This document shows, one piece after another, positions 1 to 13,595 of a DNA stretch of 64,000 nucleotides. Location: the NCBI RefSeq assembly GCF_009914755.1, contig NC_060925.1; one strand, given 5' to 3'. This DNA comes from the human T2T-CHM13v2.0 reference genome, Homo sapiens. The notes beneath the pieces are model-generated. The model made no database searches. It saw only the letters and a list, made by a program, of their open reading frames with translations, and was not told the origin of the DNA. Every line of letters begins with the position of its first letter. Position 1 is the stretch's first letter. The translations under genes were made by a program, and so were the position numbers.

Positions 1-739
1 ACACATAATTAATTGGTTAGATTTGCTATCCCTGGCCTCCTTTTGGGTGGTGTTGGTGATGGGATCATGTGGCATCCCTGAAACCATGTTAAGACAAAAG
101 TCTAGGTTGATAACCAAGAAGTTGACTTAGAGATCGGTGTGGCCTTAAGGTGCCCAACTCGGCACCAAGTCCTCATCTGGCTTCTGCAAGTGGGGAAGTT
201 GCAATGAACGATGTGTGGGAGTGTGGGTGAATGTGGGCGTGCATAGGAGCGCCTGCCCCTGTGAATGTGTATAGGCAGGAGAATGAGGCGGGTTGGGCCG
301 GGGGGTGCTAACAGATTTCAGAGAGAGGGAAGATGCAGTCAACAGCTCTTACTCAAGGTCTTTGGTGGATTCTGAGAAGTGTAACACACACACATACATA
401 CACACAGTCAACCCAAATGAAAACACAAATAGAAGCAAAGTGACACATGGAGGCCTGAGAACCTAGGGCAAAGGGCTAAATAAGGCAGAAAACTGCGGGC
501 AGGCGGGAGCTGGCAGATGCAGCCTTGGGCCAGTGGAACCTGGACCTGCTCCTCCGATGAGGTCGATGATGATATTAGGTGTCTCCGCGAATACTGTTAC
601 TTTTCATATAAATATTTTTAAATCTAGAATGACTATCACTCCCCCTCCAATACATACGTACTCTTCCCCTGAACTTTTTGAAAATATAAAGGACGCTAGG
701 CAAGTGAGCTTGCGGTAATTATCCCTGGATAGAGAAACC

Positions 740-1345
740 AATCTGGCTGGGAGAGGCCCCTCTGCAATTGCCGGCGGCGGCGGCGGTGCGCGGGCCCGCG
801 CAGAGGCCGGGGACTTCGGGCGCTTGCTAGGTCACCGCGCCGGGCGACCGCCGCTCGCCGGCTATTTAATATACATGGGGTGGGAACGGAGCGAAGCGGA
901 TCTCCGAGCCTGCCTGTCCTGCAGAAAAAAAAAATCAATTTGCTATTTATTTTTGAAATATATAGATTTAGGGAATGTTTTTTCCAGCTCGACCCCCTTC
1001 AAGAATGGCGGCCCACATTTAATTACGTCTTTTAATGACTTTTCCCTTATTTGCCATCGCTATTCCACGTTAAGGGCGGGGGCGGGGTGGAGTTTCTTTG
1101 GGGGGTTTTCAATTCTGGTATCTTCAAAAAGATTTGCCTTATGTGTTAATTGCATGCTGTTAAGCACATCTGGGACTGTGTGCTGACCAACTCAGACCAA
1201 CTTTTAATTAACACATTGACCCGGAGAAGAAGCAGCCGCCCAGCCTCCCCCTCTAAATATGTATATTAGCCACGCGGAGGCGGCTCGGCCCGCGCCGCCA
1301 GATGCAAGCAAGGAATTGCCTGCGTCGAGGGGCGGGAGGGGGTGC
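740..1345. promoter_or_regulatory. CpG island / promoter-like region
   Basis: High GC and CpG density against a CpG-poor background, with (CGG)5 at ~771-786, CCAAT at ~738 and GC boxes GGGCGGGGGCGGGG at ~1074-1087. A TATA-like TATATTAAATAG lies on the minus strand at ~862-873. The flanks appear repeat-free. Confidence 0.8.
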
Positions 1346-1841
1346 AAATTGCAACGGTTCTCTCTCTTTCTGTGAGCGTTTTTTCTCGCCTCACCTCTAG
1401 GAAAACAACAAAGAAAAAGAGTAAATGACCGGCTCCTGAATCAGGCTTCTTACATCCTTTAGGCGTGACTTGACCCCAGGCAGGGGGCTTGGAGGAATGG
1501 GAGGGAAGGCCTGCTAGAGCTATTTTCTAACCAACCTGCCTTGGGCCTGAGTGACGACTCCAGCCTGGGCTCTTGGAGTGGACCGAATTCTACTAATGAA
1601 TATGGGAATGCCCTAGGATCCTGGTGGAAGGAGAGAACGAGCCACTGATTGCCTTTTGCGGTTCTGCTCTTCCTCCTTCCAACCTCCTCGCCTTTGCCGG
1701 AGGCTCTCCGAGGCTAAGCCACAAACTCTAGGGCTCCGGGTCCCAGAAAAAGGAATACTTGTGTTCCCCCCTCCCCCACCCCTTCGCCGTATCCCTGCTT
1801 GGAGCACGCTGTAGTCAAGATAGGGTAACGGAAATGAGTGG

Positions 1842-1851
1842 CTATTTTTAG
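1842..1851. promoter_or_regulatory. MEF2 consensus site CTATTTTTAG
   Basis: Exact match to YTA(A/T)4TAR about 0.5 kb from the CpG island; motif evidence only. Confidence 0.3.
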
Positions 1852-4595
1852 GACTCCAGGCCCTTTCCCAGAGGTCTAGGCTATTCAGGGGTGATATTTA
1901 GCAAAGGCCAGTCAAACTCATGTTGGAGGGATAAATAAACCTGGAGCACAGCAGAGATGATGCCGCCTGCAGATATGCAATTTCACCCTAAGTAATTTCA
2001 TTCAGGATTGATGGCGTTTCACTGGAGTGATGCCTTCAAAGTGAGTGCCTAGCTTGCTTCCCTGTAGAGCACAAATGCGGGTTAATCCCCAAATACGTAC
2101 TCATTTTCTCTTTTCGCATCTAATCTCAACTGCCTCGCTCTTCTAAGTGCTTAGCTTCTGCACACAAGCCTATATAAAAATGTCAGAGTGGTATTCCTTC
2201 TCCCAGCCATAAAGAAGTTGGAGTGAATCACTCCCAAGTCACCATTTAACGTCCCCTCCAGGTAACAGTTGAAGTTTCCTGTTTGACATTTTTCATTCCC
2301 CAATACAGAACTTTTCAATAAATAAGCAGTGCTAGCGTGAGGAGAAGCCTATGTCACAATAAATTCACAGCTATATGCTCTAACTATGTCGATGCTTTGG
2401 AAAATTTAATGTGACAAGATTGCGCCCCAAATTCCTTCCACCTCTTTTTTTCCTTATTCTTATTCTCCTTTTTTTGTCCTTCTCTTGAGTCTACTTTTCC
2501 TACCCACTTATCAGAGAATCTGCAAAATTTGAGACTAAAAGAATAGAAAAGATAAAGACAAGAAAACAAAGTTCTATTACTCAGTATTCCTCTCAGCTCC
2601 TCCACATCTTTTTATATTCAGATAAAGGTGTAATCAACCTATATCTTTAGACAGGGAAAAACCAATCAGCTGGTAAATTACAATGTCCCTTTGCAAAGAT
2701 AAGGCCTTTGGAAAGTTAGCACAAGTATCACCCAAACCCAGCTTTATTTTGAGTTTTAGTGGGCCACAGCTACTTATTTCAGCTCACAAATTGATCTGCA
2801 AAATTGGAGCCCACACCTGATATCCAGGGGAAAACAAGAGTTGGTAACTCCAGTTGATTCTTCTTTTGATTTACTCTGCCTGGTAAGATGTATGCTGGAG
2901 TGTTCTGATAAGAAAAAGGAAAAAAAAAAAAGGAGTCAGCAGTTTGTTTCGGAAACTCTTATTGCTGAATATGGTTGCAGGTTTAAACTAAAGAATGTGT
3001 TTCTGCTGGGGACATTTGCATGACACATCCATATGCATTAGCAGCTGCACGGTGTTATATCATCAGTTCCTGTGAGCATTTATCTTTTTTTCTCCCTTCT
3101 GTCTTTCTCAAAGGAAGTAGGTAAGTGGCTTATAGGAAAACCATATAGACTTTAAAGATGTGTAAATCTTCCTGTTTCCTTCAGGCCCTCAGCACCTAAG
3201 TGGCCTGTAACAACCTATTTCTTTGGAAGATTTTGGAATATTTGAAGTAAGTAGCCTCCCTGGTTACTTTTTAAAATCAAAATAATGAATTAACAGTGTA
3301 TGAAATATAATAAAATAATTATCTAGAGAAAGAGGCCTTGATGATTCAACTCTGTAGTCAAAAAAAGGCACTGTCATCAATGTCCTTCTGATTTGCTTAG
3401 AGACATTCCAGAGGAACTTTTCATTAGATAATTCTTTATGCCATCAGTCTTCACTTTTTGATACTTGATGGAGGTAATACATTTGAAGGAAGGTAGCTAA
3501 GACCTTGGCATGTCGGCATGTAGTGATGATGTCAGAGAGCACAACAGCAGTTCTGGAAGATGTTTGCTTTCCCAGACATTGTATGATGGTACAGGGGCCA
3601 TTGTCTAACATCCACAGCAATTGTCTGCCCTGAATCCTACCAATACTGTATTTCATGTGTCTGATTCTCTGAGAATTCCAGTGGTCTGTAAGCCACAGGA
3701 ACTACAATGTCAAATTGGAATCAGAAAAAAAATTCAATTCTTATTTTGTCTGACTCAGTTCAGTCACTCAGGGCATTTTTTTTTAAAAAAAGAAAACTGT
3801 GCATTTTAACATTGGGGTAACTAGGAAGAATTTGGACTCAAAACCAAGAGATATAGCATAAGTACATTTTTTGAAATCACTTCTCATTTGTGGTCAATGT
3901 TTCATGGAATTATTTGCAAATAATCTGAATCATCCTCAGATGTTTCTAGTAAGTCAAATTCAAAGTGTGGGTATATTGCAAAGTGAAACAAAAACCTTAC
4001 ACACGCACACACACAAGCAAACAAAAAGATAACCCTTACCAGGAGTTATGATGACTAACAAGATATGCTAGTAAAGATATGGGTTTTCATCCATGTTGTA
4101 GTGTTTTGGGCACAAAAAAAGGTATTTAGAAAAAAATGAAATGACAATAATTAGTAAAATAGTGCCATCCATTTTTTTCTAACATACTTGGAACTAATAG
4201 GCACTATTGTACAAAGGTGCATGTGCAATGACACATAAATATGCGTGAGTCTAAATAATAATCTATTTTAATGTCTTGTTTCCAGATGTTTGCAAATACT
4301 ACCAGTACATTGAATTGACCTAACCAAAAAGTAGCTAAGATCTCTGCCATTCAATTAAATCCTAGGTGTTTTACATATCACATGGAACAACTTTCTCTTG
4401 CCCTCCATTACACAAAAGGTTTTTGGCAAAAAACAACAAACAAACAAACAAAAAAACCTCTTTAACTTTAAAACAGTAATTCAGTATAATATGGGTGAAA
4501 GTAAAAACTGTTATTTGATATTATATAATGGAAAATATTACCAACTTCAGTATTTTACTCAACTATTTCAGTGATAATTAGAACATCCAATTGTT

Positions 4596-4790
4596 GGGGC
4601 TAGCTAGCTTAGCTGTTCAGATTAGAACATGGTACAGAATTGATCCTGTGGTTAATTGTGCCTGTACTTGAGAGTCACATACTGCATCCCTTAATCCAAT
4701 CAGCCCTGGACACTTGTGTGCCAGAGGTGATTGGAGGGCCAACCAAGAATGTAGACGAATCTGCACGTATCAAAGAAAAACCTTATTTTA
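4596..4790 (+). mobile_element. Ancient tRNA-derived SINE, MamSINE1-like
   Basis: Head GGGGCTAGCTAGCTTAGCTGTTCAGATTAGAACATGGT and body TCACATACTGCATCCCTTAATCCAATCAGCC...GAATGTAGACGAATCTGCAC resemble the recalled MamSINE1 consensus. Confidence 0.55.
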
Positions 4791-5441
4791 AAAAGAACAT
4801 ATGTTACTTGCAGCATTAAATACAGAAGAGAGGGAGTATATGTTTGCAATTCAAATGAAATCTTTTGGGCAAAATTTATGAGAGAGCAGAAAAAGGGAGC
4901 AAAGAATACCTAATTGAGGCTACAAAGAGAGCTTAGGCATGATGAAGAAAACTACTATACCTACTTTGATATTGGTATATAATTTAAAACTTTTATAGAT
5001 AGGATGCTACTACTTCAAAGTATATCCATTTTATCTTTTTAAGGTAAAGAGAAGATTTGTTTGTTTGCATGCTTTGAGCTTGGATATTGATATTACACAT
5101 TTCTGGAAGTACTAATGGTATCAGTAAACTTAGGATATGGGAGATCTGAAGGAGTTACATATTTGCTTATTCATTTATCTCTTGGTTATGCTTGCAGAAT
5201 AATTCCATTTCTCCCTCAAAGACTTTCTTTGTTATGGGTCATAATATCATAGCCTCTTTGAAATATGATGGCTAACAAAGATAAAACATAGACCATTACA
5301 ACTCGTCATCCTTGGTTCAGCAGATACAAATCAAAAACAGAGAGAAGCTTTGTTAAGTCAGTACTTAATTCTATGGCCATTTATTCATACTCATTTCCAA
5401 GAACTATGAGCTAGGTAATGTCTGTGCAAATGCCAATGATT

Positions 5442-8400
5442 GCAGTCTGGAAAGTAAGTAGCTTAGAAGTCACCACTCTTTCCTAACAACAAGTTAAAAA
5501 AAAAAAAAAACTGATCGGACTGAAAAATCTACAAATCTTCTTAGATCTGCCAGAGAAATGAAGTCATAGGGCAAACAACTGTCCCAAAAATTGGAGAGAC
5601 AGGCAGTTAAGAGAATCATAACTTACTGGAGCAGGTACTTAGGAGTAGAAACCTCTGTAGGAACCAGTGCCAGGGTAGAAAAACCTAAACTGTAATTGAC
5701 AAATTGCTGGAGGCTCAATGTGGACAAATCTGAGAGTTAAAGACTCCAAAAACCTCATTCATAGGTTGGCCCCTACACTTTTTTCTGTTCCTCCTCCTGG
5801 AACTCTACCAGGTTCTCACAGTGAATATCTGAGAAAAATCCCCTTGTATGTTCAGCAGGGAGAAAGGAAAAGGAACCATTTTGAAATACTTCAGAGCATT
5901 CTGTTTTTCTGAACAAGGCCTAACCTCAGGAGAAGCTATTTTTCCAGAGCCTTATTAGAGTTTTATCAGAGCCTAGTCTACTTGGAGGAAGGGCAACGCC
6001 CAACTCCAGTGATCACTAGCCATTGCGTCCAACATAGGGAGGGGTGACAGGGAGGCACTGGTGAAGCTCATAGCCCAGAGACACAGGTTGACCAAAAGAC
6101 TAGGGCCTAATCATAGGACTATAGAACACTTCCCTTCCCCTACGCCTTGTCACCACATTACTAAAGGCCTATTTATTTTAGTTGCTTTTACCCAGTACAT
6201 CATGTTCACCTTTTAATGAAAAAATTACAAGGTATACTAAAAGGCAAAAAAGTTTGAAGAGACTGAACGGGCGTGAGAAGGAGTCAGATATGACAGGAAG
6301 TTTGGGATTTTCAGACCAGGATTTTTTTTTTAATAAGATGAGTATGCTAAAGGCTTTAATAGAAAAAGTAGAAAATATGCAAGAACAGATGGACAATGCA
6401 AGCAGAAGTATGGAAATTTTAAGAAAGAAACAAAAAAATGCTAGAGATCAAAAACACTGTAAAAGAAATGAAGAATACCTTTGATGGGCTCATTAGTAAA
6501 CTGGACACAGCTGAGAAAAAAAACCGTGAGCCTGAGGCTATGTCAATAGAAACTTCCAAAACTGAAAAGCAAAGAGTAAAAGTCTGAAATAAAAAACAGC
6601 ATTTCTAAGAAATGTGGGAAAACTGCAGAAGATGTAACATACACACAGTGGGAATGCCTGAAGCACAAGAAAGGAACAGAAGCAACATTTGAAGCAATAA
6701 TGACAGAATTTTTCCAAATTAGTATCAGACACCAAATCACAGATACAGGAAGCTTGGAGAACTCCAAACAGGATAAACGCCAAAAATCCCCCAAACTATG
6801 TGTAGCCATATCATATTAAAACTCTAGAAAATCAAAGATAAAGAAGAAATCTTTAAATATGGCAGAGAAGAAAAAGATGTTACCTATAGAGGAGCAAATA
6901 TCTGAATTGCATCCAATTTCTCCTCAGAAATCACACAATCAAGAAAAGAATGGAGTAAAATTTTTAAAGTATTGAGAGAAAAAACTCTAAGACATGTAAT
7001 TTTATACCCTGTGAAATTATTCTTCAAAAGTGAAGGAGAAATAGACAACTTCTCAAAAAAAAAAAATTAAGTGACTTTGTTACCAGTAGACGTGTCTTGC
7101 AATAAATCTTTTTAAAAGTTCATCAGAAAAAAATATGATATAGGTAAAAAATGTGGATCTACATAAAGAAAGACAGACCATCAGAGAAAAAATAAGGTAA
7201 CACAAAAGCTTTTATTTTCTTACTTTTTAATTGATTAAAGAAATAACAGTTTGTGCAAAATAATAATAGCAACAATGTATTTTATCATTTATACATATAT
7301 ATATGGGCTTATGTATGTGTACGTATTTGGGAAATAAATGGCAGCAATAATACTAGACATGAGAAGGAGGAATAGAAATATTTTATTATAAAGTACTGAT
7401 ATTACCTGTGAAGTAGAAAACATTATTTAGAAGTAGGCTTGGATTACTTATAAATGTATATTGCAAATTCTAAGCCAACCACTAAAAAAAAAATGATAGA
7501 AAAAGTAGTTTAGCTGATATTCTAAGAGAGAAGAGAAATTATAATAATGTAAAATGCTCATTTAAAAATCTCAAAAGGCAAAATAGAGTGGAAGACAAAA
7601 TTGGAACAAAGAACAAGTGTAACAAATAGAAAACAGTAACAAATATAGTAGATATTTTAGTCCAAGTATATCAATAATCACTTTGAACATCGATAGTCTA
7701 AATGCACCAATTTAATGACAGACATTGTCAGAAGTAATCAAAACAGAAGACCTGACTATATGTTGTCTATGAGATACTTACTTTAAATATAAAGAAACAT
7801 ATAGATCAAAAGTAAAGAGATCAAGAAAGATATATCCTGTTAACCCTAATCCAAAGAAGGTGAAAGGAGCTATATTAATTTCAGACAGAGCTGACTTCAG
7901 AGTAAGGAAATTTATCAGAGTTAAAGAGGGGCATTACATAATGATGTAATACTCCAAGAAGACATAGCATATTTGATGCATGCACCCAGCAACAGAGCAT
8001 CAAATATGTAAAGCACAAACTGATAGAACTCCAAGGATAAATATATCAATCTATTATTAGATTGAGTTGGAGACTTAAAACATCCCTAGCAGAAATGGAC
8101 AGATCCAGCAGGCACAAAATCAGTTAAGGACATAGATGAACTCAACAGCATCACCAATCAACTGAACATAATTGACATCTATACATGACATTGTCCGAGA
8201 ACAGCAGTTTACACATTCTTCTCAAGCTCACATGGAACATTCACCAAGATAGAACACATTCTAAGCCATAAAACACACCTTAATAAATTTAAAAGAATAG
8301 AAATCATACAATGTCTGCTCTCAGATCACAGTGGAATTAAACTACCAATGATTAACAGCTGGAAAGTCCCCAGATACTTACAGATTAAAAGCACACTTTT

Positions 8401-11400
8401 AAGCATGGGTTGAAAAAAAGAGAACTCTCAAAAGAACTTAAAAAATATTTTGAATTAAATGAAAATGAAAATACAAAATATCAAAATGGAAACATTGAAA
8501 TATTAATGTTTGTGAGATGCAGGGAAAATAGTGCTTAAAGGAAAATTCATAACATCCTTAGAGAAAAATTTATAGCATTGAATGCATATACTAGAAAAAA
8601 ATAAAGATCTAAAGTAAACAATCTAAGCTTCTAACTTTGGAAAGTAGAATATGAAGAGTAAATTAAATTCAGTGTAAAGAGAAAAAAAGAAATAACTGAA
8701 ATTAGAGCATAAAACAATGAAATTAAAAACAGGAAATCATAGAGAAAATCAAAACCATTAGCTATTTTTTAAAAGATCAATATAATTGATAAGACTTTAG
8801 TCAAGCAATCTATGAAAAAACATGGAAGACACAAGTTACTAATATCAGTAATGAAAGAGGGAGCATCACTATATATCTTATGAACATTAAAAGGATAATA
8901 GTGAAATATTATGAACAATTGTATTTCTGTAAATTTGATAACTTAGGTGAAATGGACCAATTCCTTGAAGGACACAAGCTGCCAAAACTCACATGAGAAG
9001 AAATAGACAACTTGAATAGGTCTATATTTATTAAAGAAATTTAATCAATAATTAATCTTCTCAACAGAATGAAATGTATTTGGTGGATTCTACCAAACAT
9101 TTAAGGAAGAAATTATACCAATTTTCTACAATGTCTTCCAAAAAATAGTAACAAAGAGATTATTTTCTGATTCATTTTATTAGGCCAGCATTACTCTAAT
9201 ATCAAAAGTGGATAAAGACATAACAAGAAATGACAACTACAACCACATATCTCTCATGAACATATATGCAGAAATCCTAAACAAAATATTAGCAAATATA
9301 ATTCAAAAATATATAAAAATAATTATCCACCACAACCAAGGGGATTTATCCCAGGTATACAAGGCCGGTTCAATATTCAAAAAAAACAATTAATGTAACT
9401 TATTATATCAACAGACTAAAAAAGAAAAATCACATCATCATATAAATAGATGCATTTGACAAACCCAACATTCATGTATGCTAAAATTCTCAGCAAACTG
9501 GGACTGGAGGGGAAATTTCTCCACTTGATAAAGAACATTTACAAAAAACCTACAGCTAAAATTATAATAATAATGAAAAACTTGAAGTTTTCCCAATAAG
9601 TTTAACAACAAGGGGAGGATGTCCCCTCTCACCACTGCCTTTCAACATTATCCTAGAAGTCCTAGCTAATGCAATAAGACAAGAAAAGGAAATAAGAAAT
9701 AAACTGATTGGGGAGGAAAAAGTAAAACTGTCTTTGTTCTCAGACAGCACAATTGCTTATGTAGAAAATCTGAAAGAGTCAACAACAACAACGAAACCTC
9801 CTGGATCTAATAAGCAATTATAGCAAGGTTGCTAGATCCAAGGTTAATCTACAAAAGCCAAGCACATTCCTATATAGTAGCAATGAGCAAATGGAATTTG
9901 AAATTAAAAACATATTACCATTTATATTAGATAGAAAAACTGAAATGTTTACATATAAATCTAACAAAACATATACAAAATCTAAATGAGAAAAACTACA
10001 AGACTAAAGAAAGGTATCAAATAAATATATAAATGAAGAGACATGGATACAAAGACACAATATTGTCAGTATGTCAGTTTTTCCCAACTTGATCTATAGA
10101 TTTATTGTAATCCCAGTAAGTTTTCTCAATAAAATCCCAGTAAGTTATTCTGTAGATATTGACAAACTGATTCTGAAGTTTATATGGAAGGCGAAAGACC
10201 CAGAATGGCCAACTCAATATTGAAGAAGAAGAACAAAGTCAGAGGGCTGACATTAGTCAAATTTGAGACTTACTATAAAGCTACAGTAATCAAGACAATG
10301 TGGCATTAGTGAAAGAACAGACAAATAAATCAGTGGAACAGAACGGAGAGCCAAGAAATAGGCTTACACAAATGGAGTCAAGTCATCTTTGAAAAAGGAG
10401 CAAGGCAGTAGAATGAAGCAAAGATAGTATTTTCAACAAATGATGCTAGAACAACTAGATATTCACGTGCAAAAAAAAAAAAAAAAGAATCTAGACACAG
10501 ATTTCACACCCTTCACAGAAATTACCACAAAATAGATCATAGATCTAAATGAAAATCACAAAACTCTGAAACTCCTAAAAGATAACACAGGAGAAAACCT
10601 AGATGACATTTCATATGGTGGTGACTTTTCAGATACAGCCCCAAAGGCAGGATCCATGAGAGAAACAATTAATAAGCTGGACCTCATTAAAATTAAAAAC
10701 TTCTGCTCTGTGAAAACAATATAAAGTGAAAGAGAAAAACAGCCACAGAATGGAAGAAAATATTTTCAAAAGACACATATGATGAAAGACTGTTATCAAA
10801 AATATACAAAGAATTCTTAAAACTCAAGAGTAAGAAAATGAGCAACCCAATTCAAAAGTGAGAAAAAGACCAGAACAGACACCTCATCAAAGAAGATGTA
10901 CAGGTGATATGTAAGCATATGAAAAGATGGTCCACCTCATATGTCATTAGGGGACTGCATGTTAAAACAAAATTCAGATACCACTGCAGCCTTATTAGAA
11001 TGGACAAAATCCAAAACACTGATGACATCGAATGCTGTCAAGGGTATAGAGCAAGACCAAACAAGCACTCTCATTCATTGCTCATGGGAATGCAAAGTGG
11101 TATAGCCACTTTTGAAAACAATCTAGCAGTTTCTTACAAAAGTAAACATGCTGTCTCTTACCATGTGATCTGGCTGTCACACTCCTTGTTATTACCCAAA
11201 TGAATTGAAAATTTATGTCCACACGAAAACCTACACATAGATGTTTATAGGAGCTTTATTAATAATTGTCAAAAATTGAAAAAAAACAAAAGATATTTCA
11301 ATAAGTGAATGGACAAATTGTAATACATCCATATTATTCAGTGTTAAAAAGAAATGTTATTAAATTATAAAAATACATAGAGGAAACTTAAATAGTTATT

Positions 11401-11837
11401 ACTAAGTAAAAGAAGCCAATTTGAAAGACTCCATACTCTGATTCTAAGTACATGACATTCTGAAAAAGACAAAACTATGGAAACATTAAAAAGATAAATG
11501 GTTGCCAAGGGTTAAGGGAGAGGGGGGAATGAATAGGCAAAGCATGGAGGATTTTCAGGGAAGTGAAATGTTTCTGTATGATGAATGGTGGATATATGTC
11601 ATTATAAATTTGTCATAATGCATAGAATGTACAACACAAGTTTACCCTAATGTAAACTATGGACATTGGTAATGATGTGTCAATTTGAGTTCCTCAGTTA
11701 TAACAAACATACCACTGTTGACAGTGGGAAGGATTATGGGTGTGTGGGAACAGGGAGCACATGGAAACTTTCTGCTCATTTTTTGCTGGGAACTTAAAAC
11801 TACTGTATAAAATAAAATTTATTAATTAGTTATTTTT
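5442..11837 (+). mobile_element. Near full-length old LINE-1 (L1MC1/L1MC2-type 3' end), ORFs disrupted
   Basis: 5' region, ORF1 remnants (MLKALIEKVENMQEQMDNASR) and ORF2 RT remnants ([17 protein letters not shown]). L1MC-type 3' UTR with AATAAA. Candidate TSD AAATGCCAATGATT (5428-5441) / AAAAGCCAATGATT (11838-11851). Confidence 0.93.
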
Positions 11838-12199
11838 AAAAGCCAATGATTTGTCATGATATTAATAAATTGTTATTAGCATATTTCAGCTCCTAGGCAC
11901 TAGGTCCTGCTGCTTTGTAAAATCTTTCCATAAATATTTTTATTTCTATTCATTAACAATGAGGGAGAGTGAATACAATACTGAATGTGAAAATATCCTT
12001 GTAAATAGCATGAATTAATGCAACAAAATCAACTCCAAGAAATATTTCCAAGACAGAAAACAGGCATGTTTTGAAGGATTTTTAGTATTACATTAAGTGG
12101 AACAATACAATACAATACAACTGGGAAGCATAATTTACATTATATAACATTACATTTTCCAAATAATTCTTTCTGTAAAACCCTTTAAAGCAAGTTTTA

Positions 12200-12290
12200 A
12201 TACCCATTTTGCAAGTGAGGAGGAAAAATAACTTGGGTAGGTAATAGAGCCAAGTATATAGCAGAGCCAGGATTCAAACTCTAGTTTGTT
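12200..12290 (-). mobile_element. MIR fragment
   Basis: CCCATTTTGCAAGTGAGG...GCAGAGCCAGGATTCAAACTC is the antisense MIR core. Confidence 0.6.
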
Positions 12291-13408
12291 TTATCCTCAC
12301 CCACACTCTGAAGCACTCTCCTAGTTTTATACATCAGTCTTTCATGAGCTCTGGTAACATGAGTCTAGTCCTCGGAAGTGGACAGCCTTGACATAGTGTC
12401 AAAATCAAGTTTCTGAAGCACCATATCCTGGACCTGGTAAATTCTCCAGGACTGTAAGATACTACCATGGAAAGTCTTGTGGCAGGCAGCAAACTGACCT
12501 TTTTCCTGATGCCTCTATCTTCCCGTGTGCTTTTATTGAAAGTGAAGTAGCCACTTCATAATGGCTACAAAAGAATTATTTGAGAATGTCTGAATCTGTA
12601 CCATGGATAAGGATGATATAATATTAGCAAAAAGATAAAAGCAATTACAAATGGCATACAGGGGGGATATTAACTTCTATAGTTTTTATTTATAAATTTA
12701 TTAAAGAAATTTGAAACTCTCATGCATGGATGGCTTTACTAAATGCTTTTATATTTTTTATCATCCTTCATCCTTTTTTTCCCTGTGCATCCAATTGTCT
12801 TGTCAGGATGGATTGAAATCATTTCCTTGTCTAACGGCTTTCAAAATAATTGCAAAGAATACCAAGGCTCTCAAATCCTAGTGTTAGTTCTCCAAAGTTT
12901 ACACTCCACCTCTTGTCTTTATCATATTGCTAACCATATTGCTAAGCTGTAGCTACTCTCCAGATCTGTTCAAAGCCAGCATTTAAGAGGACTGCTTTCC
13001 TTCAATGGGCTCTCTGAAGTGACTGCTACCAGCTATTTATTACTTGGAAATAGTTTTGGTGTTTGTAATACTGCAGTTCTGTCTCTCCATCTCTGTCTCT
13101 CCTACCTATGTTCTGTGTTTTGTGGGGGCCGAGATTGGGCATTAGGAAGGCACAGTTTATAATCTGCTGGAAAGAATGCTTAACATATTGAGATTGAAAC
13201 AAAAACAAACAAAAAAAATTTCTGTCCTGTGGAAACAGATTCCTTCTTATATCGAATGTAAACAGCAACCATCCCCTTTGCCTACAGCCACCTGGAAGCT
13301 CTCTGGTTAGCCATTTCCAACTCACTGGAATGTAAATCATACATGCATGCATACAGCTGTCTATATTTGGAAAGAATAACCATATTTCCTACAAAAATTT
13401 AATTGTTT

Positions 13409-13595
13409 GGGCAACTCAGTTGGTTAATGGGGCCAAAGGTGAAGTTGCAGCTCTTGTACAATCAGTCCTTCTCACTGTACACAGTCGCTGGTCACAGAGT
13501 GAACTCCCAGTCTCCACAGTCTCTTGAAAATGTGTTTATTGGGGGAGAAGGCAGGCAAATCACAAGTTATCGCCACTCTCACTAAAACAGCTCAG
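13409..13595 (+). mobile_element. Ancient tRNA-derived SINE, MamSINE1-like (second copy)
   Basis: A-box-like CTCAGTTGGTTAATGGGGCCAAAGGT, then TGGTCACAGAGTGAACTCCC and ATCGCCACTCTCACTAAAACAGCTCA, resembling the recalled MamSINE1 consensus. Confidence 0.5.

Noticed and set aside
696-1186. 80 aa and 120 aa ORFs over the CpG island
   Set aside because: No recognisable domain; stop-poor GC-rich sequence and non-ATG starts explain them.
6182-11203. Possible active L1 ORF1/ORF2
   Set aside because: Numerous stops and frameshifts, with no ORF above ~100 aa.
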